Source: Escherichia phage vB_EcoM_G8
Strand: one strand, 5' to 3'
Length of the DNA: 64,000 nucleotides
Sequence record: NC_054915.1
The stretch's first letter is position 1; the number at the start of each line of letters is the position of its first letter. The translations under genes were made by a program, and so were the position numbers. This document shows, piece by piece, positions 53,933 through 64,000 of this stretch. Under the pieces are notes generated by a model. The model did no database searches and was not told the DNA's origin. It worked only from the letters and a program-made list of their open reading frames with translations.

Positions 53933-53962
53933 ATTATATACCATCCAAATCTTAAAGTAAAC
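53933..53962 (-). promoter_or_regulatory. early promoter for rnh (GTTTAC-N18-TATAAT)
   Basis: Minus strand GTTTACTTTAAGATTTGGATGGTATATAAT, about 30 nt upstream of rnh ATG. Confidence 0.65.
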
Positions 53963-53965
53963 AAG

Positions 53966-53973
53966 TATAAATA
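53966..53973 (+). promoter_or_regulatory. late promoter TATAAATA (gene 34)
   Basis: Exact motif 35 nt upstream of gene 34 ATG; adjacent to divergent rnh early promoter. Confidence 0.7.
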
Positions 53974-54007
53974 CTTATTATTGAAAACACAATAGGAGCC
54001 CGGGAGA

Positions 54008-57000
54008 ATGGCCGAGATTAAAAGAAAGTTCAGAGCAGAAGATGGTCTGGACGCAGGTGGTGATAAAATAATCAACGTAGCTTTAGCTGATCGTACCGTA
54101 GGAACTGACGGTGTTAACGTTGATTACTTAATTCAAGAAAACACAGTTCAACAATATGATCCAACTCGTGGATATTTAAAAGATTTTGTAATCATTTATG
54201 ATAACCGCTTTTGGGCTGCTATAAATGATATTCCAAAACCAGCAGGAGCTTTTAATAGCGGACGCTGGAGAGCATTACGTACCGATGCTAACTGGATTAC
54301 AGTCTCATCTGGTTCATATCAATTAAAATCTGGTGAAGCTATTTCGGTTAACACTGCAGCTGGTAATGACATCACGTTTACTTTACCATCTTCTCCAATT
54401 GATGGTGATACTATCGTTCTCCAAGATATTGGAGGAAAACCTGGAGTTAACCAAGTTTTAATTGTAGCTCCAGTGCAAAGTATTGTAAACTTTAGAGGTG
54501 AACAGGTACGTTCAGTACTAATGACTCATCCAAAGTCACAGCTAGTTTTAATTTTTAGTAATCGTCTGTGGCAAATGTATGTTGCTGATTATAGTAGAGA
54601 AGCTATAGTTGTAACACCAGCGAATACTTATCAAGCGCAATCCAACGATTTTATCGTACGTAGATTTACTTCTGCTGCACCAATTAATGTTAAACTTCCA
54701 AGATTTGCTAATCATGGCGATATTATTAATTTCGTCGATTTAGATAAACTAAATCCGCTTTATCATACAATTGTTACTACATACGATGAAACGACTTCAA
54801 TACAAGAAGTTGGAACTCATTCCATTGAAGGCCGTACAACAATTGACGGTTTCTTGATGTTTGATGATAATGAGAAATTGTGGAGATTGTTTGACGGGGA
54901 TAGTAAAGCACGTTTACGTATTATAACAACTAATTCTAATATTCGTCCAAATGAAGAAGTTATGGTATTTGGTGCGAATAACGGAACAACCCAAACAATT
55001 GAGCTTCAGCTTCCTACTGATATCTCTGTTGGTGATACTGTTAAAATTTCCATGAATTACATGAGAAAAGGACAAACAGTTAAAATCAAAGCTGCCGGTG
55101 AAGATAAAATTGCTTCTTCAGTTCAATTGCTGCAATTCCCAAAACGTTCAGAATATCCGCCTGAAACTAAATGGGTAACTGTTCAAGAATTAGTTTTTAA
55201 TGGCGAAACTAATTATGTTCCAGTTTTACAACTTGCTTATATAGAAGATTCTGATGGAAAATACTGGGTTGTACAGCAAAACGTTCCAACTGTCGAAAGA
55301 GTAGATTCTTTAAATGATTCTACTAGAGCAAGATTAGGCGTAATTGCTTTAGCTACACAAGCTCAAGCTAATGTCGATTTAGAAAATTCTCCACAAAAAG
55401 AATTAGCAATTACTCCAGAAACGTTAGCTAATCGTACTGCTACAGAAACTCGTAGAGGTATCGCAAGAATAGCAACTACTGCTCAAGTGAATCAGAACAC
55501 CACATTCTCTTTTGCAGATGACCTTATCATTACTCCTAAAAAGCTGAATGAAAGAACTGCTACAGAAACTCGCAGAGGTGTCGCAGAAATTGCTACGCAG
55601 CAAGAAACTAATACAGGTACTGATGATACTACAATCATTACTCCTAAAAAGCTTCAAGCTCGTCAAGGTTCTGAATCATTATCTGGTATTGTAACTTTTG
55701 TATCTACTGCAGGTGCTACTCCAGCTTCTAGCCGTGAATTAAATGGTACAAATGTTTATAATAAAAACACTAATAATTTAGTTGTTTCACCTAAAGCTTT
55801 GGATCAGTATAAAGCTACTCCAACACAGCAAGGTGCAGTAATTTTAGCAGTTGAAAGTGAAGTAATTGCTGGACAAAGTCAGCAAGGATGGGCAAATGCT
55901 GTTGTAACGCCAGAAACGTTACATAAAAAGACATCAACTGATGGAAGAATTGGTTTAATTGAAATTGCTACGCAAAGTGAAGTTAATACAGGAACTGATT
56001 ATACTCGTGCAGTCACTCCTAAAACTTTAAATGACCGTAGAGCAACTGAAAGTTTAAGTGGTATAGCTGAAATTGCTACACAAGTTGAATTCGACGCAGG
56101 CGTCGACGATACTCGTATCTCTACACCATTAAAAATTAAAACTAGATTTAATAGTACTGATCGTACTTCTGTTGTTGCTCTATCTGGATTAGTTGAATCA
56201 GGAACTCTCTGGGACCATTATACACTTAATATTCTTGAAGCAAATGAGACACAGCGTGGTACACTTCGTGTAGCTACACAGGTCGAAGCTGCTGCAGGAA
56301 CATTAGATAATGTTTTAATAACTCCTAAAAAGCTTTTAGGTATTAAATCTACTGAATCGCAAGAAGGTGTTATTAAAGTTGCAACTCAGTCTGAAACTGT
56401 GACTGGAACATCAGCAAATACTGCTGTATCTCCAAAAAATTTAAAATGGATTGTGCAGAGTGAACCTACCTGGGCAGCTACTACTGCGATAAGAGGTTTT
56501 GTTAAAACTTCATCTGGTTCAATTACGTTCGTTGGTAATGATACGGTAGGTTCAACACAGCCATTAGAATCATATGAGAAAAATAGCTATGCAGTATCAC
56601 CATATGAATTAAACCGTGTATTAGCAAATTATCTGCCGTTAAAAGCAAAAGCTGTAGATAGTAATTTATTGGATGGTCTAGATTCATCTCAGTTCATTCG
56701 TAGGGACATTGCGCAGACAGTTAATGGTTCACTAACCTTAACCCAACAAACGAATCTGAGTGCCCCTCTTGTATCATCTAGTACCGGTGAATTTGGTGGT
56801 TCATTGGCCGCTAATAGAACATTTACCATCCGTAATACAGGAGCCCCGACCAGTATCGTTTTCGAAAAAGGTCCTGCATCTGGGGCAAATCCTGCACAGT
56901 CAATGAGTATTCGTGTATGGGGTAACCAATTTGGCGGCGGTAGTGATACGACTCGTTCGACAGTGTTTGAAGTTGGCGATGAAACATCTCATCACTTTTA

Positions 57001-57877
57001 TTCTCAACGTAATAAAGACGGTAATATAGCGTTTAGCATTAATGGTACTGTAATGCCAATAAATGTTAATGCTTCCGGTTTGATGAATGTGAATGGCACT
57101 GCAACATTCGGTCGTTCAGTTACAGCCAATGGTGAATTCATCAGCAAGTCTGCAAATGCTTTTAGAGCAATAAACGGTGATTACGGATTCTTTATTCGTA
57201 ATGATGCCTCTAATACCTATTTTTTGCTCACTGCAGCCGGTGATCAGACTGGTGGTTTTAATAGATTACGCCCATTATTAATTAATAATCAATCCGGTCA
57301 GATTACAATTGGTGAAGGCTTAATCATTGCCAAAGGTGTTACTATAAATTCAGGCGGTTTAACTGTTAACTCGAGAATTCGTTCTCAGGGTACTAAAACA
57401 TCTGATTTATATACTCGTGCGCCAACATCTGATACTGTAGGATTCTGGTCAATCGATATTAACGATTCAGCCACTTATAACCAGTTCCCAGGTTATTTTA
57501 AAATGGTTGAAAAAACTAATGAAGTGACTGGGCTTCCATACTTAGAACGTGGCGAAGAAGTTAAATCTCCTGGTACATTGACTCAGTTTGGTAACACACT
57601 TGATTCGCTTTACCAAGATTGGATTACTTATCCAACGACGCCAGAAGCGCGTACCACTCGCTGGACACGTACATGGCAGAAAACCAAAAACTCTTGGTCA
57701 AGTTTTGTTCAGGTATTTGATGGAGGTAACCCTCCTCAACCATCTGATATTGGTGCTTTACCATCTGATAATGCTACAATGGGCAATCTTACTATTCGTG
57801 ATTTCTTGCGAATTGGTAATGTTCGCATTGTTCCTGACCCAGTGAATAAAACAGTTAAATTTGAATGGGTTGAATAA
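54008..57877 (+). CDS. 34: long tail fibre proximal subunit gp34
   Basis: 1289 aa; internal ~40-aa repeats (TATETRRG.A.IAT…TPKKL); late promoter upstream. Confidence 0.93.
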   Translation: MAEIKRKFRAEDGLDAGGDKIINVALADRTVGTDGVNVDYLIQENTVQQYDPTRGYLKDFVIIYDNRFWAAINDIPKPAGAFNSGRWRALRTDANWITVSSGSYQLKSGEAISVNTAAGNDITFTLPSSPIDGDTIVLQDIGGKPGVNQVLIVAPVQSIVNFRGEQVRSVLMTHPKSQLVLIFSNRLWQMYVADYSREAIVVTPANTYQAQSNDFIVRRFTSAAPINVKLPRFANHGDIINFVDLDKLNPLYHTIVTTYDETTSIQEVGTHSIEGRTTIDGFLMFDDNEKLWRLFDGDSKARLRIITTNSNIRPNEEVMVFGANNGTTQTIELQLPTDISVGDTVKISMNYMRKGQTVKIKAAGEDKIASSVQLLQFPKRSEYPPETKWVTVQELVFNGETNYVPVLQLAYIEDSDGKYWVVQQNVPTVERVDSLNDSTRARLGVIALATQAQANVDLENSPQKELAITPETLANRTATETRRGIARIATTAQVNQNTTFSFADDLIITPKKLNERTATETRRGVAEIATQQETNTGTDDTTIITPKKLQARQGSESLSGIVTFVSTAGATPASSRELNGTNVYNKNTNNLVVSPKALDQYKATPTQQGAVILAVESEVIAGQSQQGWANAVVTPETLHKKTSTDGRIGLIEIATQSEVNTGTDYTRAVTPKTLNDRRATESLSGIAEIATQVEFDAGVDDTRISTPLKIKTRFNSTDRTSVVALSGLVESGTLWDHYTLNILEANETQRGTLRVATQVEAAAGTLDNVLITPKKLLGIKSTESQEGVIKVATQSETVTGTSANTAVSPKNLKWIVQSEPTWAATTAIRGFVKTSSGSITFVGNDTVGSTQPLESYEKNSYAVSPYELNRVLANYLPLKAKAVDSNLLDGLDSSQFIRRDIAQTVNGSLTLTQQTNLSAPLVSSSTGEFGGSLAANRTFTIRNTGAPTSIVFEKGPASGANPAQSMSIRVWGNQFGGGSDTTRSTVFEVGDETSHHFYSQRNKDGNIAFSINGTVMPINVNASGLMNVNGTATFGRSVTANGEFISKSANAFRAINGDYGFFIRNDASNTYFLLTAAGDQTGGFNRLRPLLINNQSGQITIGEGLIIAKGVTINSGGLTVNSRIRSQGTKTSDLYTRAPTSDTVGFWSIDINDSATYNQFPGYFKMVEKTNEVTGLPYLERGEEVKSPGTLTQFGNTLDSLYQDWITYPTTPEARTTRWTRTWQKTKNSWSSFVQVFDGGNPPQPSDIGALPSDNATMGNLTIRDFLRIGNVRIVPDPVNKTVKFEWVE

Positions 57878-57885
57878 GAGGTATT

Positions 57886-59001
57886 ATGGAAAAATTTATG
57901 GCAGAGTTTGGACAAGGATATGTCCAAACGCCATTTTTATCGGAAAGTAATTCAGTAAGATACAAAATAAGTATAGCGGGTTCTTGCCCGCTTTCTACAG
58001 CAGGACCATACGTTAAATTTCAGGATAATCCTGTAGGAAGTCAAACATTTAGCGCAGGCCTTCATTTAAGAGTTTTTGACCCTTCCACGGGAGCATTAGT
58101 TGATAGTAAGTCATATGCTTTTTCGACTTCAAATGACACTACATCAGCTGCCTTTGTTAGTTTCATGAATTCTTTGATGAATAATCGAATTGTTGCTATA
58201 TTAACTAACGGAAAGGTTAATTTTCCTCCTGAAGTAGTATCTTGGTTAAGAACCGCCGGAACGTCTGCTTTTCCATCTGACTCTATATTGTCAAGATTTG
58301 ACGTATCATACGCTGCTTTTTATACTTCTTCTAAAAGAGCTATTGCATTAGAGCATGTTAAATTAAGTAATAGAAAAAGCACAGATGATTATCAAACTAT
58401 TTTAGATGTTGTATTTGACAGTTTAGAAGACGTCGGAGCTACCGGGTTTCCAAGAAGAACGTATGAAAGTGTTGAGCAATTCATGTCAGCGGTTGGTGGA
58501 ACTAATAACGAAATTGCGCGTTTACCAACTTCAGCTGCTATAAGTAAATTATCTGATTATAATTTAATTCCTGGAGATGTTCTTTATCTTAAAACACAGC
58601 TATACGCCGATGCCGATTTACTTGCTCTTGGAACTACAAATATATCTATCCGTTTTTATAATGCATCAAATGGATATATTTCTTCAACACAGGCTGAATT
58701 TACTGGACAAGCTGGGTCTTGGGAATTAAAGGAAGATTATGTAGTTGTTCCAGAAAATGCTGTGGGATTTACGATATACGCGCAAAGAACTGCTCAAGCG
58801 GGACAAGGCGGTATGCGAAATTTAAGCTTTTCTGAAGTATCAAGAAATGGCGGAATTTCAAAACCCGCTGAATTTGGCATCAATGGTATTCGTGTTAATT
58901 ATATCTGTGAATCTGCTTCACCTCCGGATATAATGGTACTTCCTACGCAAGCATCGTCTAAAGCTGGTAAGGTGTTTGGACAAGAATTTAGAGAAGTTTA
59001 A
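57886..59001 (+). CDS. 35: long tail fibre hinge protein gp35
   Basis: 371 aa. Confidence 0.88.
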   Translation: MEKFMAEFGQGYVQTPFLSESNSVRYKISIAGSCPLSTAGPYVKFQDNPVGSQTFSAGLHLRVFDPSTGALVDSKSYAFSTSNDTTSAAFVSFMNSLMNNRIVAILTNGKVNFPPEVVSWLRTAGTSAFPSDSILSRFDVSYAAFYTSSKRAIALEHVKLSNRKSTDDYQTILDVVFDSLEDVGATGFPRRTYESVEQFMSAVGGTNNEIARLPTSAAISKLSDYNLIPGDVLYLKTQLYADADLLALGTTNISIRFYNASNGYISSTQAEFTGQAGSWELKEDYVVVPENAVGFTIYAQRTAQAGQGGMRNLSFSEVSRNGGISKPAEFGINGIRVNYICESASPPDIMVLPTQASSKAGKVFGQEFREV

Positions 59002-59006
59002 ATTGA

Positions 59007-59029
59007 GGGAGCCTTCGGGTTCCCTTTTT
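59007..59029 (+). terminator. intrinsic terminator after gene 35
   Basis: GGGAGCC-TTCG-GGTTCCC then TTTTT. Confidence 0.7.
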
Positions 59030-59032
59030 CTT

Positions 59033-59040
59033 TATAAATA
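59033..59040 (+). promoter_or_regulatory. late promoter TATAAATA (gene 36)
   Basis: Exact motif between gene 35 terminator and gene 36. Confidence 0.7.
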
Positions 59041-59063
59041 CTAATAAAATAAAGGGGCATACA

Positions 59064-59729
59064 ATGGCTGATTTAAAAGTAGGTTCAACAACCGGAGGCT
59101 CTGTCATTTGGCATCAAGGAAATTTTCCATTGAATCCAGCCGGTGACGATGTACTCTATAAATCATTTAAAATATATTCAGAATATAATAAACCACAAGC
59201 TGCTGATAACGATTTCGTTTCTAAAGCTAATGGTGGTACTTATGCATCAAAGGTAACATTTAACGGCGGTGTTCAAATACCATATGCTATAAACAATACA
59301 AATCAATCTGGTATTTATCCTGGTAATGGAGATGCAGCTACTTTTGTTACAGCAAATATTGATATTGTTTCATGGTATGGTATTGGTTTTAAATCATCAC
59401 AGGGTTCAGCAGCCAGAACTGTAGTAATCAATACACGTAATGGTGATATTAGTACAAAAGGTGTTGTATCCGCTGCAGGTCAAGTAAGAAGTGATGCGGC
59501 TGCTCCTATAGCAGCGAATGACCTTACTAGAAAGGACTATGTTGATGGAGCAATAAATACTGTTACTGCAAATGCGAACTCTAGGGTGCTACGGTCTGGT
59601 GACACCATGACAGGTAATTTAACGGCGCCAAACTTTTTCTCGCAGAATCCTGCATCTCAACCTTCACACGTTCCACGATTTGACCAAATCGTAATTAAGG
59701 ATTCTGTTCAAGATTTCGGCTATTATTAA
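59064..59729 (+). CDS. 36: long tail fibre distal connector gp36
   Basis: 221 aa, late promoter and terminator upstream. Confidence 0.88.
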   Translation: MADLKVGSTTGGSVIWHQGNFPLNPAGDDVLYKSFKIYSEYNKPQAADNDFVSKANGGTYASKVTFNGGVQIPYAINNTNQSGIYPGNGDAATFVTANIDIVSWYGIGFKSSQGSAARTVVINTRNGDISTKGVVSAAGQVRSDAAAPIAANDLTRKDYVDGAINTVTANANSRVLRSGDTMTGNLTAPNFFSQNPASQPSHVPRFDQIVIKDSVQDFGYY

Positions 59730-59737
59730 GAGGACTT

Positions 59738-62700
59738 ATGGCTACTTTAAAACAAATACAATTTAAAAGAAGCAAAATCGCAGGTGCACGTCCTGCTGAT
59801 TCAGTATTAGCCGAAGGTGAATTGGCTATAAACTTAAAAGATAGAACACTTTTTACTAAAGATGATTCAGGAAATATCATCGATTTGAGCATTTCTGCTG
59901 GTGGTAATATCAGTGGAAATATCACTCAAACTGGTAATTATTTACAAAATGGAACATATAATCTTAATGGAAACCAGTTTGTTTATGCAGGAAGATATAT
60001 TGAATTTTTACCTAAAACAGCTGGTAATGGCGCTTGGGCAAATCAACACCTAAATAAAGCTCCTATCTTTACAGATTTAAGTTCAGCTACTTCTGTTTCA
60101 GAATACCATCCGTTGATTAAACAACGCTATAAAGATGGAACTTTTTCATTAGGTACTTTAGTTTCTGAAGGTTCATTAAAATTCCATTACATTAATGAGG
60201 CAGGTGAATCTAAATATTGGACGTTTGCGCGCTCAGGTAATTTTCAAGTTGATTCTGGTAATTTATTAGTATCTGGTGGGTATTTAGTCGCTCATAGTAA
60301 TATTGAAACAAGAACAGGTTCTTTGATTGGTCCATCTGTTATAACTAAAAATATTTCATTTGATACAAAAGCATTCGGACAGTATGATTCACAGTCATTA
60401 GTTCAATATGTTTATCCTGGAACAGGTGAAGAAAATGGTATAAACTATCTTCGTAAAGTTCGAGCTAAATCAGGTGGAACCATTTACCATGAAATCGCTT
60501 CAGCTCAAACTGGTAAGAATGATGAAATTTCTTGGTGGACAGGAAATATACCTACTACTAAATTAATGGGTCTTCGTAATGATGGAGCAATGGTATTACG
60601 TCGTTCGCTTGCTATTGGCACAATTACCACTGACGAAAATACTAACAACTATGGCTCTCCTACTCCAATGGGAGAAAGATATATTGCTTTGGGCGATGCT
60701 GCCACTGGTTTAAAATACATTAAGCAGGGTGTTTATGATTTAGTAGGTAATTGGAATTCTGTTGCTTCTATTACTCCTGACAGTTTCCGTAGTACTCGTA
60801 AAGCATTATTTGGACGTTCAGAAGACCAAGGCGGAACCTGGACAATGCCTGGAACGAACGCTGCTCTCTTGTCTGTTCAAACTCAGGCAGATGTGAATAA
60901 CGCAGGCGATGGTCAAACCCACATTGGATATAATTCTGGCGGTAAATTTTCCCATTATTTCCGCGGTAAAGGCCAAACCAACATTAATACACAAGAAGGT
61001 ATGGAAGTTAACCCTGGTATTTTGAAATTGGTAACTGGTTCTAATAATGTACAGTTTTATGCTAACGGAACAGTATCTTCAATACAAAGAATTAAATTTG
61101 ATAATGGATTAGTTCTTACTGGTGCTAGACCCGATGGTATTCAACTTGACGCTCCTACAACAACAGATGGCACTAAAACTATACTGTGGGCTGGTGGTAC
61201 TCGCCCAGGTCAGAATAAAAGTTATGTATCTATCAAAGCATGGGGTAATGCCTTTAACGCATCTGGCGATCGTTCCCGTGAAACAGTTTTTGAGGTAGGT
61301 GATGGGCAAGGTTACCATTTTTATTCTCAACGTGTAGCTCCTGCGCCTGGTTCGACTGTCGGGCCTATTCAACTTCGAGTTAATGGTGGTTTATTGACTT
61401 CAGGTAGTATTGTTGCTTCTGGTTCTATTACAACCGAATCTTCTTTGAGTGTTAATAACGGCATGTCAGTAAACGGCCAAGTTAAAATCGGCGGAACGGC
61501 AGATAATTTCCGTATCTGGAACTCTCGTTATGGTGCCATTTTCCGTCGCTCCGAAACATCATTATATATTATCCCAACTAATGAAAATGAAGGGGAAAAC
61601 GGTGCAATAAGCAACCTTCGTCCGTTTAGTATTGAGTTAGGCACCGGCTCTGTTGTAATGGGAAACCATACTCAAGCGGGTAAAAACCTTTTCACGGTTG
61701 ATAACGTTTCTAAATTAGTACAAACTGATGTTCGTTTCCGTGTTAACATGGATTCCGACGGTATTGTTTTGAATGCTTCTTCTCAAGCAGCGTCTAACTT
61801 TATCCAAGGACGTAAAGCGGATGTTACAAAATGGTATCTCGGTATTGGCGACGGTGGTAACGTTGTTCGTTTACATAACTATACTTATTCCCACGGTATT
61901 GCATTAAACTCTGATACTGTAGATATTACTAAGCCTCTTAAAATTAATAATATTCGAATTGGTACAGATGGCAACATCACAGGTGGTACTGATAATTTTG
62001 CCAATTTAAATACAACGTTAAACAATAAAGTCAATGTTGGTGGTTGGTCAGGCGGAGCTACAACTGGGTGGTATAAGTTTGCGACAGTTAATATTCCTCA
62101 ATCTACTGGAACAGTATCATTTAAAATATATGGTGGTTCAGGATTTAATTTTAAAAGATATGGGCAAGCTTCTGTCGCAGAAATAATTCTTAGAACTGGA
62201 AATAATCCTAAAGGACTTAATGCCACACTATGGAACAGAACTTCTGAAGCATTTTCACAAATTGCCACAGTTAACACGAGCAATGATACATATGACGTTT
62301 ATGTTTATGTGGGAGGATATTCAAATGCTTTAGTCATCGAATATTCATGCACCAGTAATAGTACAGTAACCGTAGTCGGTCTTAACGGAGGAATTCAACC
62401 TATTGTTGAAACACTTCCAGAAGGTCATGTAGTAGGTAAAACTGTAAGATTATTGAATAACATCGATGGAATGTTTGCTGCTGGCGAATCTGATGTTGTT
62501 ACTCGTGGTGAATTTGTTACCAATAACCAAAAAGGTTTACGTATTAAATCTAGAGGTAATGATATTGATTCGAATGCTGCTATCATTCGAAATGATGGTG
62601 GAAGTTTTTATATTTTAGCTACAGACAAGAATACGTCAGAAAAACCCAATGCGGCTAGTGGTGATTGGAATAATTTAAGACCTTTCTCCATTAATATGGC

Positions 62701-63628
62701 TGATGGTCGCGTTGGTATGAACCATGGTCTAAATATTACCGGCGGTGGCTTGAATGTTACTGGTGGCTTGAATGTTACTAGTGGTAATACTAGTTTAGGT
62801 AATATCTCGTCTCGTGTAGTAGCAGGTTGGCGAGGAGCGTCTGGTTGGGCTGATAACTCGGATACAATGAAATCTAAAATCACCTTTATGGCAGACCATG
62901 GGGATTTATCTAATTCAGGCAGTTATTATCCTATTGTAGGTGCATACAGTAACTACGGCTCGGCGGGTTATCGTCAAACCTTTGAGTTCGGATGGGTCGG
63001 TTCCGGCACTACAGCGGGTTGGCGCGATGGTATTATTCGTATTCGCGGAGATAATGCTAATGGCCAGCAAGCAAGATGGCGCTTTACAATGGACGGTACT
63101 TTAGATTGCCCTGGTAAAGTACTGCTACCACAAACAGGTGCCTTTGGTGTCAATACATCAAATGGTCTCGGTGGAAATAGTATAACATTTGGTGATAGCG
63201 ATACCGGTATTAAGCAAAATGGCGATGGATTATTAGACATATATGCGAACAATGTGCAAGTGTTCCGTTTCCAAAATGGTGATTTGTACTCATATAAAAA
63301 TATAAATGCTCCAAACGTTTATATTCGTTCTGATATTCGTTTAAAATCCAACTTTAAGCCTATCGAAAATGCACTTGATAAAGTTGAAAAACTTAACGGT
63401 GTCATTTACGATAAAGCTGAATACATCGGTGGAGAGGCAATTGAAACTGAAGCGGGTATTGTGGCCCAAACGTTACAAGACGTTTTACCAGAAGCTGTCC
63501 GTGAAACAGAAGACAGCAAGGGTAATAAAATACTCACTGTTTCTTCTCAAGCCCAGATTGCTCTTCTGGTTGAAGCTGTGAAAACACTTTCTGCTCGTGT
63601 AAAAGAACTTGAATCTAAACTTATGTAA
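59738..63628 (+). CDS. 37: long tail fibre distal subunit gp37 with C-terminal intramolecular chaperone domain
   Basis: 1296 aa; N-terminus MATLKQIQFKRSKIAGARPAD; C-terminus …YIRSDIRLKSNFKPIENALDKVEKLNGVIYDKAEYIGG… resembles S74-type autoproteolytic chaperone. Confidence 0.9.
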   Translation: MATLKQIQFKRSKIAGARPADSVLAEGELAINLKDRTLFTKDDSGNIIDLSISAGGNISGNITQTGNYLQNGTYNLNGNQFVYAGRYIEFLPKTAGNGAWANQHLNKAPIFTDLSSATSVSEYHPLIKQRYKDGTFSLGTLVSEGSLKFHYINEAGESKYWTFARSGNFQVDSGNLLVSGGYLVAHSNIETRTGSLIGPSVITKNISFDTKAFGQYDSQSLVQYVYPGTGEENGINYLRKVRAKSGGTIYHEIASAQTGKNDEISWWTGNIPTTKLMGLRNDGAMVLRRSLAIGTITTDENTNNYGSPTPMGERYIALGDAATGLKYIKQGVYDLVGNWNSVASITPDSFRSTRKALFGRSEDQGGTWTMPGTNAALLSVQTQADVNNAGDGQTHIGYNSGGKFSHYFRGKGQTNINTQEGMEVNPGILKLVTGSNNVQFYANGTVSSIQRIKFDNGLVLTGARPDGIQLDAPTTTDGTKTILWAGGTRPGQNKSYVSIKAWGNAFNASGDRSRETVFEVGDGQGYHFYSQRVAPAPGSTVGPIQLRVNGGLLTSGSIVASGSITTESSLSVNNGMSVNGQVKIGGTADNFRIWNSRYGAIFRRSETSLYIIPTNENEGENGAISNLRPFSIELGTGSVVMGNHTQAGKNLFTVDNVSKLVQTDVRFRVNMDSDGIVLNASSQAASNFIQGRKADVTKWYLGIGDGGNVVRLHNYTYSHGIALNSDTVDITKPLKINNIRIGTDGNITGGTDNFANLNTTLNNKVNVGGWSGGATTGWYKFATVNIPQSTGTVSFKIYGGSGFNFKRYGQASVAEIILRTGNNPKGLNATLWNRTSEAFSQIATVNTSNDTYDVYVYVGGYSNALVIEYSCTSNSTVTVVGLNGGIQPIVETLPEGHVVGKTVRLLNNIDGMFAAGESDVVTRGEFVTNNQKGLRIKSRGNDIDSNAAIIRNDGGSFYILATDKNTSEKPNAASGDWNNLRPFSINMADGRVGMNHGLNITGGGLNVTGGLNVTSGNTSLGNISSRVVAGWRGASGWADNSDTMKSKITFMADHGDLSNSGSYYPIVGAYSNYGSAGYRQTFEFGWVGSGTTAGWRDGIIRIRGDNANGQQARWRFTMDGTLDCPGKVLLPQTGAFGVNTSNGLGGNSITFGDSDTGIKQNGDGLLDIYANNVQVFRFQNGDLYSYKNINAPNVYIRSDIRLKSNFKPIENALDKVEKLNGVIYDKAEYIGGEAIETEAGIVAQTLQDVLPEAVRETEDSKGNKILTVSSQAQIALLVEAVKTLSARVKELESKLM

Positions 63629-63630
63629 AA

Positions 63631-63646
63631 GAGGGCTTCGGCCCTC
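63631..63646 (+). terminator. UUCG hairpin between genes 37 and 38
   Basis: GAGGGC-TTCG-GCCCTC. Confidence 0.5.
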
Positions 63647-63658
63647 TAAGGATTTTTA

Positions 63659-64000
63659 ATGGCAATTGTAGGTGTTCCTGGCTGGATTGGTGAATCTGCC
63701 GTGAATGAAACTGGACAACGTTGGATGGATGCTGCGATGAGAGCTGTTCGTGTTTCAGTTCCCGGTTGGATGAGTTCAATGGCAGGAAAGTCAGTTGAAA
63801 AAGCTTATTCAATTGGCTCAAATCATTCATATAATAAAGATACTTTAATTAATTGGCTTAAATCAATTGGAACAGCTCCTGCTGTTGTAACAATAACAGG
63901 AGATATTGTTTCTAGTTCTTCAACTATTCCGTGCTTAGATTTTCCTAGTTCATTAACCAATGAATATGTGACATTGATTATTAACTCTGGCGTTACTGTT
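63659..64000 (+). CDS. 38: receptor-recognising adhesin gp38, N-terminal portion (runs off window)
   Basis: MAIVGVPGWIGESAVNETGQRWMDAAMRAV… resembles T2-type gp38 N-terminus; open to window end. Confidence 0.75.
   Translation, partial: MAIVGVPGWIGESAVNETGQRWMDAAMRAVRVSVPGWMSSMAGKSVEKAYSIGSNHSYNKDTLINWLKSIGTAPAVVTITGDIVSSSSTIPCLDFPSSLTNEYVTLIINSGVTV

Noticed and set aside
55420-56420. Repeated ~110-120 nt DNA segments (e.g. gctacagaaactcgtagaggt at 55438 and 55558), considered as a possible repeat array
   Set aside because: They lie in-frame within gene 34 and encode the tandem TATETRRG…TPKKL fibre repeats; no spacer-repeat architecture, so not CRISPR or a mobile repeat.

Overview
This window reads as a contiguous 64 kb segment of a T4-type (T-even, Tequatrovirus-like) myophage genome, running from the 3' part of gene 17 to the 5' part of gene 38. 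All calls rest on reading the translations and motifs by eye; no database search was run, and statements about T4 come from memory. Gene order and almost every protein length match T4: head and tail genes 17-18-19-20-67-68-21-22-23-24, then rnlB-hoc-inh, uvsW/uvsY, baseplate hub genes 25-26-51-27-28-29-48-54, the alt cluster, the minus-strand early region (30, rIII, 31, cd, pseT, alc, rnlA, denA, nrdB, nrdA, td, frd, 32, 59, 33, dsbA, rnh) and long tail fibre genes 34-38. Points that depart from my recollection of T4 or look unusual: (1) a 530-aa multidomain nuclease-like ORF between nrdA and nrdB; (2) a perfect 55-bp tandem duplication that frameshifts essential gene 28; (3) a 417-bp ORF cassette inserted at the frd/td junction between 8-bp direct repeats; (4) an HNH endonuclease gene between uvsW and uvsW.1; (5) a 54-bp promoter/stem-loop cassette present in two near-identical copies upstream of alt.-3 and alc; (6) a T2-type gp37 with a C-terminal intramolecular chaperone plus gp38 adhesin. 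Both group I introns are present (td with intact I-TevI, nrdB with a truncated endonuclease ORF), plus segG. No tRNA, rRNA, CRISPR array or integrase was seen. The strongest candidate for something undescribed is the 530-aa ORF, but its novelty is unconfirmed.
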